A stretch of DNA of 64,000 nucleotides from an uncultured Candidatus Saccharibacteria bacterium (GTDB lineage Bacteria > Patescibacteriota > Saccharimonadia > Saccharimonadales > 2-12-FULL-41-12), in NCBI GenBank assembly GCA_947085495.1, contig CAMTWJ010000002.1:38599-102598 (forward strand), read 5' to 3'. Shown here piece by piece: positions 18,076 to 25,939 of the stretch. The notes below the pieces were generated by a model that saw nothing but the letters and a program-made list of their open reading frames with translations, searched no databases and was not told the origin of the DNA. The position numbers and the translations under genes were made by a program. Every line of letters begins with the position of its first letter. The first letter of the stretch is position 1.

Positions 18076-19329
18076 ATGAATAGTACTCGAATCTCTCAGT
18101 TGTTTACCAAAACGAGCAAGAATGTCCCTAGTGATGAGCAGGCAAAAAATGCCCAACTTCTTATCCAGGCAGGGTATGTTCACAAGGAGATGGCAGGGGT
18201 TTATGCATATTTGCCGCTCGGTCTGCGAGTACTTGAAAATATCAAAACAATCGTTCGAGAAGAGATGAACAAAGTCGGCGGCCAGGAACTTGCAATGACG
18301 ACATTGCAGCCTAGAGACATTTGGGAGAAGACCGATCGTTGGGATGATAAAAAGGTAGACAACTGGTTCAAGACCAAGCTGGCTAACGGTACAGAACTGG
18401 GCGTGGGCTTAACACATGAGGAGCCGATCGTAGACGTACTGCGAGATTATGTGAATTCGTATAAAGATCTGCCGTTTTCTGTGTATCAAATTGGCCCAAA
18501 GTTTCGCAATGAGCTGCGTGCCAAGAGTGGATTGCTTCGAGGCCGAGAATTTCTCATGAAAGATATGTATAGCTTTGCCCGAAATCAGGAGGAGCACGAG
18601 AAAATCTATGAAGACACTGTGAAGGCGTATCATAACGTCTATAAGCGGCTTGGTTTGGGTGATGAAACATATCGAACCTACGCTGACGGTGGTATTTTCA
18701 CGGCTCGCTTTTCTGACGAGTTTCAGACATTAAGCGAAGTTGGTGAGGACACAATATTTGTCGATGAGACTAAGAAAATTGCAATCAACCAAGAGATTAT
18801 GAGCGATGAAAATCTAGAAAAACTTGGTCTAGATAAAAAAGATTTGGTAGAAAAACGAGCCGTGGAAGTAGGTAATACATTTCATCTTGAGAGCAAATAC
18901 ACCGATGCGCTAGATGTGTACTTTATGGATGAGTCAGGTAAGCGACAGTCTATTATCGCAGGTTGCTACGGCATCGGTATTAGCCGTTTGATGGGTGTGA
19001 TCGCCGAGAAGTTTGCCGATGAAAATGGCTTGGTTTGGCCGGAGAATATCGCACCGTTCCAGGTGTACTTGGTGCAAATTGGAGACACAGATAAAGAAAC
19101 AAAAGAGCTTTACGATGAACTAACAAACAAGGGTATAAGCGTACTTTGGGACGACCGAGATGAGCGCCCAGGTACTAAATTTGCTGATGCAGATTTGCTC
19201 GGGATTCCATACCGAGTAGTGGTGAGCCCACGGGGTATCGAGGCAGGTAAGTTTGAATTTAAAAAACGAACAGAAAAAGAGCCAGAAGAAATCGATGCGG
19301 CAATGTTAATAAATCGACTTGCACAGTAG
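18076..19329 (+). CDS. proS: prolyl-tRNA synthetase, short form without an inserted editing domain
   Basis: MNSTRISQLFTKTSKNVPSDEQAKNAQLLIQAGYVHKEMAGVYAYLPLG. About 417 aa from ATG 18076. The ORF-track start at 18046 is a TTG inside the previous gene. Confidence 0.9.
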   Translation: MNSTRISQLFTKTSKNVPSDEQAKNAQLLIQAGYVHKEMAGVYAYLPLGLRVLENIKTIVREEMNKVGGQELAMTTLQPRDIWEKTDRWDDKKVDNWFKTKLANGTELGVGLTHEEPIVDVLRDYVNSYKDLPFSVYQIGPKFRNELRAKSGLLRGREFLMKDMYSFARNQEEHEKIYEDTVKAYHNVYKRLGLGDETYRTYADGGIFTARFSDEFQTLSEVGEDTIFVDETKKIAINQEIMSDENLEKLGLDKKDLVEKRAVEVGNTFHLESKYTDALDVYFMDESGKRQSIIAGCYGIGISRLMGVIAEKFADENGLVWPENIAPFQVYLVQIGDTDKETKELYDELTNKGISVLWDDRDERPGTKFADADLLGIPYRVVVSPRGIEAGKFEFKKRTEKEPEEIDAAMLINRLAQ

Positions 19330-19346
19330 CATTAAATAGCTATAAT
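19319..19346 (+). promoter_or_regulatory. promoter TTGCAC-16-TATAAT for greA
   Basis: TTGCAC at 19319-19324 overlaps the 3' end of proS. TATAAT is at 19341-19346. The leader carries an AAAGGAG SD. Confidence 0.55.
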
Positions 19347-19406
19347 CTATATGACCATATTCCAGTTGGCAAAGGTCAATCGACTTCAACTGAAAGGAGT
19401 TACAGA

Positions 19407-19865
19407 ATGAAAAAACAGTTTCACATGACCAAAGAAGGTATTGCTGAATTGCAGGCTGAGCACGATGCATTAGTTGCTCGCCGAGGTGAAATCGCTGATG
19501 CTATTAAAACTGCTCGTGAGCAGGGCGACTTGAGCGAAAACGCCGAATATCATGCCGCAAAGGACGACCAGGAACGCACCGAGGGACGAATTGCAGAGCT
19601 CGAACACATATTGCAGAACGTTGAAGTTATCACTAAACCACGAAGTGACAGCAAAGTTCGCTTAGGAAGCACTGTAAAGTTAAAAGGTAAGACAGCAGAG
19701 AAGGTTTTTCAGGTGGTTGGTACGGTTGAAGCAGACCCGTTGAACGGTAAAATTTCTGACGAATCACCGATTGGTGTTGCCTTGATCGGCAAAAAAGAAG
19801 GTGAAGAAGTTGAGATCAAGACACCTGTCGACACCAACAAGTTCGTCATTGCTAGCATTTCATAA
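19407..19865 (+). CDS. greA: transcription elongation factor GreA
   Basis: MTKEGIAELQAEHDAL..AREQGDLSENAEYHAAKDDQ..GRIAELEHIL. Confidence 0.93.
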   Translation: MKKQFHMTKEGIAELQAEHDALVARRGEIADAIKTAREQGDLSENAEYHAAKDDQERTEGRIAELEHILQNVEVITKPRSDSKVRLGSTVKLKGKTAEKVFQVVGTVEADPLNGKISDESPIGVALIGKKEGEEVEIKTPVDTNKFVIASIS

Positions 19866-19921
19866 GATAAAACAATCTAGCGCAACAAGAGAAAATTAGT
19901 TACTCTTTATAGAGTTAATTT

Positions 19922-21451
19922 ATGCAGTGGTTAGAAAAAATAGTTGATGAAATACTATCTCGTCATCCAGACGGGGAGATAGTGGTTAGCTCTGGGGTCT
20001 CTCCTTCAGGTACATATCACTTGGGTACGCTCAGGGAAGTTTTGACTGCAGAAGCAGTAGCTCGTGAGGTTCGCAGGCGAGGTCGCACCAGCCGCCATAT
20101 ACATGTGGTTGATGATCTTGATGTATTCCGAAAAGTTCCCGTTGGCGTGCCAGAAACACACAGTAAATATTTGGGTATGCCGCTCTGCGATGTACCAGCA
20201 CCGGATGGTTCGGACATGTCGTATGCAGATTATTATCTGAAAGACCTTTTGGACGCTGCAAAAGAACTTCGGCTCGATGTAGAGATTATGAGAGCTCACG
20301 AAAAATATCGTGAAGGCTATTTTGTTCCAGTTATCGAAAAAACCCTCGTAAATATAGATACGATTCGAAAAATTTTGGCGGAAGTATCTGGCCGAGAACT
20401 AGACAATCAATGGTCGCCCATACAAATTATAGAAGATGGATACCTTAAAAACCGTCAATTTGTGAGCGTTGATACTGATACAAAAGAGCTTGTCTATAAA
20501 GACAAAGACGGCAATGACGCTACAAAAAAATATGATACCGGAGAAGTAAAGCTAAGCTGGAGAATAGATTGGCCAGCCCGTTGGTCGCTGTTAAACGTAA
20601 ATGCAGAGCCATTTGGGCGAGATCATGCCACAAAGGGTGGATCATACGATACGGGCAAGCGAATTGTAAAAGAAGTTTTTGACGGCGATGCACCGTTGCC
20701 GATTCCATATAACTTTATAAATAAGTCTGGTGAAACCAAGAAAATGAGCAAAAGTGCAGGCGATACTATTACTGCAGCCGAGCTTTTAACTGTTTTGCCT
20801 GCAGAAATTGTTTGGTACTTTATTCTGCGATTTGCACCAGACAAGCAACTCTTTTTCGATGAAGGTCCCACGCTTATTCGTTTGGTTGATGAGTATGCTC
20901 AGCTTCAAGCAAAACCAGACAAAACAGATCAGGAAAAGCATTTGCTAGAGCTTTGCAATGAACAAATCGAGCATCAGACAGTTAGTAATGTGCCATTTTC
21001 ACATCTTGTAGCAAGTTATCAAGCTTCGTTAAAAGACGCAGGTAAAACCATTGAAGTTATTGAGCGAACAGAGCACGGAGAAACTGCAAAAGAACAGAAA
21101 GAAATAATTGTTCGTGAGCTTACTTTTATAGATAATTGGCTAAAAAATTGGGCGCCAGAAGATGTAGTGTTTGATCTTATTGATACACCCCCAACAGATG
21201 CAAGCGAGCAGCAAAAAGAATTTTTGGCACAACTTGCAAGTGCAGTTGAAAAAGCTCCAGAGGATGCTGACGGTAATTGGTTCCACCAAACAATTTACGA
21301 CCTCAAAGACAAAGTTGGCATGGAGCCAAAAGAAATGTTCTCGACACTTTACCAAGTGCTAATCGGCAAGAATGCTGGCCCTCGGGCTGGTTGGTTCCTT
21401 AGTATTTTGCCCCGAGACTGGCTTATTAAGAGACTCAACCTGGAGGGTTGA
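19922..21451 (+). CDS. lysK: class I lysyl-tRNA synthetase
   Basis: SGVSPSGTYHLGTLREV (HIGH-type motif) and KMSKSAG. About 509 aa, as expected for class I LysRS. Confidence 0.88.
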   Translation: MQWLEKIVDEILSRHPDGEIVVSSGVSPSGTYHLGTLREVLTAEAVAREVRRRGRTSRHIHVVDDLDVFRKVPVGVPETHSKYLGMPLCDVPAPDGSDMSYADYYLKDLLDAAKELRLDVEIMRAHEKYREGYFVPVIEKTLVNIDTIRKILAEVSGRELDNQWSPIQIIEDGYLKNRQFVSVDTDTKELVYKDKDGNDATKKYDTGEVKLSWRIDWPARWSLLNVNAEPFGRDHATKGGSYDTGKRIVKEVFDGDAPLPIPYNFINKSGETKKMSKSAGDTITAAELLTVLPAEIVWYFILRFAPDKQLFFDEGPTLIRLVDEYAQLQAKPDKTDQEKHLLELCNEQIEHQTVSNVPFSHLVASYQASLKDAGKTIEVIERTEHGETAKEQKEIIVRELTFIDNWLKNWAPEDVVFDLIDTPPTDASEQQKEFLAQLASAVEKAPEDADGNWFHQTIYDLKDKVGMEPKEMFSTLYQVLIGKNAGPRAGWFLSILPRDWLIKRLNLEG

Positions 21452-21452
21452 T

Positions 21453-21938
21453 ATGCAAAAAGCAACCTTTGCAGCAGGATGTTTCTGGGGTGTGCAGGCT
21501 TATTTTGATGAGGTTCCTGGTGTAGTTAGCTCGGTTGTGGGATATACGGGTGGTCATACAAAAAACCCTACCTACGAACAAGTTTGCACCCACACGACAG
21601 GTCATGCAGAAGCGTTAGAGCTGGAGTTTGACGAGAGCAAGGTTAGTTATAAAACCCTGTTGAAGCACTTATTTCGTATTCACGACCCAACTCAGTTGAA
21701 TAGGCAAGGTCCAGATATTGGCGACAGTTATCGATCAGCAATTTTTTATCATAGCGATGAACAAAAGAACGAAGCAGAGGAGCTTATAAAAACGCTACAG
21801 AAAAATTATGACAAGCCAATAGTTACTCAGATTGTCCCAGCAGGCGAGTTTTATAAGGCAGAAGAATACCATCAAAAGTACACCGAAAAGACCGGAATGG
21901 GGGCATGCCATGTGGCGTATGCAGAGGTTACAGAGTAA
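21453..21938 (+). CDS. msrA: peptide methionine (S)-sulfoxide reductase
   Basis: MQKATFAAGCFWGVQAYFDEVPGVVSSVVGYTGG. Start at ATG 21453, 2 nt after the lysK stop. Confidence 0.93.
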   Translation: MQKATFAAGCFWGVQAYFDEVPGVVSSVVGYTGGHTKNPTYEQVCTHTTGHAEALELEFDESKVSYKTLLKHLFRIHDPTQLNRQGPDIGDSYRSAIFYHSDEQKNEAEELIKTLQKNYDKPIVTQIVPAGEFYKAEEYHQKYTEKTGMGACHVAYAEVTE

Positions 21939-21941
21939 ATG

Positions 21942-21950
21942 TGGTATAGT
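21942..21950 (+). promoter_or_regulatory. extended -10 element TGgTATAGT upstream of the heliorhodopsin-like gene
   Basis: TGG at 21942-21944 and TATAGT at 21945-21950. The predicted +1 is about 21957, 3 nt before ATG 21960. Confidence 0.45.
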
Positions 21951-21959
21951 TGAGGCATT

Positions 21960-22745
21960 ATGAAAGCACCAAGTAAAAAAGTATTACAAGAACAGATTAA
22001 AAAAATAAATATGGCCACCGCAGTAGTCTCTGCAGTTTTGGCAGTTGTGTCAGCAACTTTGCTCGCAACGACCAATGTTAGCCTATGGCTGAGCTATATG
22101 GCTAGAGACCTTTTGGCTCCTGGCGAAAAAGTAGTTTTGGCCCCAGCCTTTAAGGAATTATTTAGTGTTGAAGCTCGCTATCTATTGGCCGGAATTTTTG
22201 TTTTTTCTGCAGTTTTATCAGTTCTGTTGTTTACCAAACTCCGAGCAAACTACGAGGCAACCCTAAAAGCTAAAGTATCTGGCTACAAGTGGGTATTTGC
22301 AGGTCTTACCGCTGCATTTTTGTTTGAACTCGTAAACTTGCTTGCTGGCATTAGCGACCTTGCAACCCTAAAAGTTGTCGGTGGATTAGTGTTTATTGCA
22401 TCACTCCTTTGTTGGATTGCCGAGCGAGAAAACGATGGCGCAACCAAGAAGAAATGGCTCGCTTTTATTGCAGCAATTTTTGCAGGTATTGGCGCCTGGT
22501 TCCCGCTAGCAGGCAGCTTCTTTGGCACTGCTATTTACGGCATGGAACGATTCACCTGGGGTGTATATGCGCTAGCAGGTACGCTGCTCATTAGCTTTAT
22601 CTTGTATGGCTTAAATCAATACTATTACCTCTCTGGCCGAAAAGGCTGGAAAGAGTACTTGTTTATCGAAAGAAACCATCTAGCAATTAACTTTGCTAGC
22701 TTACTTGCCTTTGGCTTAATTGCAATCGCAGCGTTCTACAAGTAA
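21960..22745 (+). CDS. heliorhodopsin-like seven-TM protein lacking the retinal-binding lysine
   Basis: 261 aa, seven TM segments. Gapless by-eye match to heliorhodopsin: YEATLKAKVSGYKWV..GISDL..LLCWIAERE and QYYYLSGRKGWKEYLFIERNH. The TM7 position of the Schiff-base Lys is Leu248. The only Lys in the last helix region is the C-terminal residue. Confidence 0.6.
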   Translation: MKAPSKKVLQEQIKKINMATAVVSAVLAVVSATLLATTNVSLWLSYMARDLLAPGEKVVLAPAFKELFSVEARYLLAGIFVFSAVLSVLLFTKLRANYEATLKAKVSGYKWVFAGLTAAFLFELVNLLAGISDLATLKVVGGLVFIASLLCWIAERENDGATKKKWLAFIAAIFAGIGAWFPLAGSFFGTAIYGMERFTWGVYALAGTLLISFILYGLNQYYYLSGRKGWKEYLFIERNHLAINFASLLAFGLIAIAAFYK

Positions 22746-22757
22746 GGAAACGACAGG

Positions 22758-23444
22758 GTGCGGGTACATCGTTTTTATGTGTCTGATTTAGAACTCAAAC
22801 ATGATTTTTGGATGCATGATGCAGCATTACTATGGCAATGGAATAAAGTATTGCGCTTTAAGGTTGGACAACAAGTCATTTTATTTGATGGCCATGACAA
22901 AGATCGACTGTATAAACTAGCAGACATTAGTAAAACTGAAGCGCATTTGCAACTGGTTACGGATATGGAGCGGGTGCTACCGAAAAGGCATATATATCTG
23001 CTGTGGAGTTTGCTCAAGAAAGACAACAACGATCATATTCTCCAAAAATGCACCGAACTTGGTGTGACCAATTTCGTCCCGATATTGAGCGAGCGCTCGG
23101 TGCGCACAAACTTTAATATGGATCGTGCCAGTAAAATTGTAATCGAAGCGAGTGAGCAATGTGGTCGCTCCAACGTGCCAACAGTAAGGGAGCCAATTCA
23201 CCTAGAAAAAGCCCTAGAGCAGTATAAAGATCATGCGGAATTTGTCGTGTGCGAGCAAGGGGAATCCCCAGGGCTAAAGCTAGACGATAGTAAAAAATAT
23301 GCACTTTTGATTGGGCCTGAAGGTGGGTGGAGTGATGCGGAAAAAGAACTCTTTAAAAGCAGCGGATTTCATCACATTGCCATCAGTGATCATGTGCTGC
23401 GAGCAGAAACTGCCGCAGTTGTTGCTGTGAGCAAGTTGCTTTAA
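22758..23444 (+). CDS. rsmE: 16S rRNA (uracil1498-N3)-methyltransferase
   Basis: GTG start. MRVHRFYV.. at the N-terminus and LLIGPEGGWSDAE near the C-terminus. Confidence 0.88.
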   Translation: MRVHRFYVSDLELKHDFWMHDAALLWQWNKVLRFKVGQQVILFDGHDKDRLYKLADISKTEAHLQLVTDMERVLPKRHIYLLWSLLKKDNNDHILQKCTELGVTNFVPILSERSVRTNFNMDRASKIVIEASEQCGRSNVPTVREPIHLEKALEQYKDHAEFVVCEQGESPGLKLDDSKKYALLIGPEGGWSDAEKELFKSSGFHHIAISDHVLRAETAAVVAVSKLL

Positions 23445-23483
23445 AGTGCCTTTTGCCTAAAAAGATGCTACGCTTGACATAGA

Positions 23484-24077
23484 ATGGGCAAGCGGAGGCC
23501 ACAAAAACCAAAAAGACGGGTGCAGGATATTGCCAAGGAGCGAGGCGTATATGCCATTAGAAGAACTTTGGCAGAGGGTTCAGAAGAGGTGTTAGAGCCT
23601 TTGTACGAAATATTGCCGCCGTATCTCGAGGGAGCTAAGGGGCGGATTTTCACCCAGGAGACCCTCGGTGTAACAGTAGTAGGAGCCAGCCGCTTTAAAG
23701 ATAATCACTTTGACAAAGGTCCAGCTACAGCCCAAGTTTTAGAGCAAGTGCCTAGTGCGGATAGTTTCATTAGTGCAAAAATAGGCTCTATAGCTTTGTT
23801 TGGTTCAGGCAGTCGTATGAATAAGCTTGGCTTTTGCCTCCAGAGCACTAGCTTACAGGCAGAGAACGAGGCGCTAAGGGATGTGTATAAAAATCTAGGC
23901 TTTCCTCTGCACGTGCCCTGGTATGAGAAAGAAGGGTTTGTGCCACATTGTAGTGTTGCTATTCTGTACACAGATCAGATAGGGCGATTTTCTAACGATG
24001 ATATACTTGATCGGCTTGATAAGAGCATCGGTATAAGAGAACAAGAAATCGTTCTAGCTCCGGTAGCTCGAAATTGA
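23484..24077 (+). CDS. hypothetical protein
   Basis: 197 aa with a basic N-terminus. No confident motif. Confidence 0.5.
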   Translation: MGKRRPQKPKRRVQDIAKERGVYAIRRTLAEGSEEVLEPLYEILPPYLEGAKGRIFTQETLGVTVVGASRFKDNHFDKGPATAQVLEQVPSADSFISAKIGSIALFGSGSRMNKLGFCLQSTSLQAENEALRDVYKNLGFPLHVPWYEKEGFVPHCSVAILYTDQIGRFSNDDILDRLDKSIGIREQEIVLAPVARN

Positions 24078-24103
24078 CAGTAAACTAAAATATGTGCTAA
24101 CAT
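24074..24103 (+). promoter_or_regulatory. promoter TTGACA-18-TAACAT with TGc extended -10, upstream of the pheA leader
   Basis: TTGACA at 24074-24079 overlaps the stop of the preceding ORF. TGC is at 24095-24097 and TAACAT at 24098-24103. The predicted +1 is about 24110. Confidence 0.55.
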
Positions 24104-24111
24104 CGAAGACA

Positions 24112-24174
24112 ATGAAAAAGAACATGAGCTGGCAAGAGTTTTTCTTTACCGACTTTAAAGAGGCGGCTCGTTAG
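24112..24174 (+). CDS. candidate Phe-rich leader peptide (pheL-like), 20 codons
   Basis: ATG AAA AAG AAC ATG AGC TGG CAA GAG TTT TTC TTT ACC GAC TTT AAA GAG GCG GCT CGT TAG, which translates to MKKNMSWQEFFFTDFKEAAR. It lies directly upstream of a terminator and pheA. Confidence 0.55.
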   Translation: MKKNMSWQEFFFTDFKEAAR

Positions 24175-24198
24175 CTATTGTTTGTGAATAAAAACTAG

Positions 24199-24223
24199 TC
24201 GCCTCGGGAACGGGGCGATTTTT
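24199..24223 (+). terminator. intrinsic terminator (attenuator) between the leader ORF and pheA
   Basis: 8-bp stem TCGCCTCG (24199-24206) paired with CGGGGCGA (24211-24218), including one G:U pair. GGAA loop, followed by TTTTTAATTTT. Confidence 0.7.
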
Positions 24224-24255
24224 AATTTTAAAGGAAGAAATTTTAGGAGAAAATT

Positions 24256-25107
24256 ATGTACAGCACACCAGAAATAATTACAGGACCAGAAGTGAGCTAT
24301 CTTGGGCCGAGAGGAACATATTCAGAAGAAGCAGTCTTGCAGCGGTTTGGTCCGAACGTAGGTCTTAGACCAGAAAAAAGCATCTTTGCCGCAGTTTATA
24401 GTATGCATACTGATGCAGACCATGCGGTTATACCGCTAGAAAACTCTACGACAGGACTCGTAAGAGAATCTCAAGAAGTCTTAGAGATGGAGCGTTACCC
24501 AGAGCTAGAAATTATTGGCGAGGAAATATTAACGATAAATCATGCCCTTTTAACGCAGAGAGATGTGCAGTTAAAAGATATTCGTATTATCTATGGTCAT
24601 GGACAAGCGCTTGCTCAGTGCAAGGAAAGCTTGGCATTAAGTTTCCCTAGTGTCGATCTAGCTTTGGCTGCGAGCAACACAGCGGCAGTAGACAAAGTAA
24701 TACAGCGGCAAGATGCAGCCCTAATTGCTTCTCCTCGAGCTGCTCAGAAGACCGGCTTGAAGGTTGTTGAAAAAAATATGAGTGACCACCTGGGAAATGC
24801 CACCAGATTTGTAATCTTGGGTGCTCACGCTGCAGAGCCAACAGGGAATGACAAAACGTCAATTATCTGTAAGCCTCTCGATAAAGCAGGTGGCCTGCAT
24901 GCCATGATTGGACCTCTAAGCGATCGAGATATATCGATGACCAGTATTCATTCACGGCCAAGTCGAGAGGGTGGGCACGCTATGTATCTGGAGATTGAGG
25001 GGCATGTTGCAGACGAGCCAGTATCGCAGGCTATTGAAGAAATGGAGCGCAGAGCTGCAAGTGTTAAGATACTTGGCTCGTATCCAGTGGCTGAGCTGTT
25101 ACAATAA
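24256..25107 (+). CDS. pheA: prephenate dehydratase with C-terminal ACT domain
   Basis: YLGPRGTYSEEA, IPLENSTTGLV, GHGQALAQC, NATRFVILG, and the ACT-type segment DKTSIICKP..GGLHAMIGPL..SIHSRPS..ILGSYP. Confidence 0.9.
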   Translation: MYSTPEIITGPEVSYLGPRGTYSEEAVLQRFGPNVGLRPEKSIFAAVYSMHTDADHAVIPLENSTTGLVRESQEVLEMERYPELEIIGEEILTINHALLTQRDVQLKDIRIIYGHGQALAQCKESLALSFPSVDLALAASNTAAVDKVIQRQDAALIASPRAAQKTGLKVVEKNMSDHLGNATRFVILGAHAAEPTGNDKTSIICKPLDKAGGLHAMIGPLSDRDISMTSIHSRPSREGGHAMYLEIEGHVADEPVSQAIEEMERRAASVKILGSYPVAELLQ

Positions 25108-25113
25108 GTGTAG

Positions 25114-25899
25114 ATGAGTACTTGGGGAAGACAAACACCACCATATCAGCCTGGCCAAAAGACTCCGTTTAAGGTTAGTCGGACAAAGATTGAGGATTTT
25201 CATAATTGCCCTCGTTGCTTTTGGCTCGATCGGCGGCTGAAGATCACACGCCCTAGCTCGCCACCGTTTAACATCAACAAAGCGATCGACGAACTTTTTA
25301 AAAAAGAGTTTGATGCCTATCGGAAAAAGGACGAGCAGCATCCTTTGCAAAAAGATTTTGGTATAGACGCTAAGCCGTATGCCCATAAAGACCTGGATAA
25401 GTGGAGGGCTAACTTTACTGGAGTCCAAGCGCTGCATGAGCCAACAAACCTGCTGGTTTTTGGAGCAGTTGATGATGTGTGGGTAAACCCTGCAGGGGAA
25501 TTGATTGTAGTGGACTACAAAGCTACGGCGAAAACCGCAGAGATTACAGACCTTGGCCCAGTGGGCGGATGGCAAGACACATACCGTCGACAGATGGAAG
25601 TGTATCAGTGGCTACTTCGCCAAAACGGCTTCAAAGTAAGCAATACGGGATACTTTGTTTACGCCAACGGCGACGCTAGTAAAAAACATTTCAAAAATGT
25701 AGTGGAGTTTCGAACCAACGTTTTTCCGCACAAGGGTGATGATTCCTGGGTGGAGCCAACACTATTAAAAATGAAAGAATGCCTGGAGGGCGACATGCCA
25801 GAAGTCGGGGTGAGTGTAATGGGCGGACCTTGCGAGCATTGTACGTATGCTCGAGCCCGAACAGAATTAACGCTAAAACACTTAAATAAAAAGGTATAA
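25114..25899 (+). CDS. PD-(D/E)XK nuclease family protein, Cas4-like with four Cys
   Basis: N-terminal CPRC, GAVDDVWV..ELIVVDYKAT (D..DxK), QMEVYQWLL, and C-terminal CEHC. Confidence 0.75.
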   Translation: MSTWGRQTPPYQPGQKTPFKVSRTKIEDFHNCPRCFWLDRRLKITRPSSPPFNINKAIDELFKKEFDAYRKKDEQHPLQKDFGIDAKPYAHKDLDKWRANFTGVQALHEPTNLLVFGAVDDVWVNPAGELIVVDYKATAKTAEITDLGPVGGWQDTYRRQMEVYQWLLRQNGFKVSNTGYFVYANGDASKKHFKNVVEFRTNVFPHKGDDSWVEPTLLKMKECLEGDMPEVGVSVMGGPCEHCTYARARTELTLKHLNKKV

Positions 25900-25939
25900 T
25901 AAAGTAGGTCTCCTTACAGACTAGGATATTGGATAAAAA

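Noticed and set aside
23474-23485. TTGACA followed immediately by TAGAAT just before ORF 23484.
   Set aside because: The two hexamers are adjacent with no 16-18 nt spacer, and neither has a partner element at the correct distance from the ATG. It is probably a chance match.
23484-24077. A 2H phosphoesterase (LigT-like) assignment for the 197-aa ORF.
   Set aside because: Only one HxS/T tetrapeptide is present (PHCSV). The expected first motif reads GVTV, without a His. This is not enough for a call.
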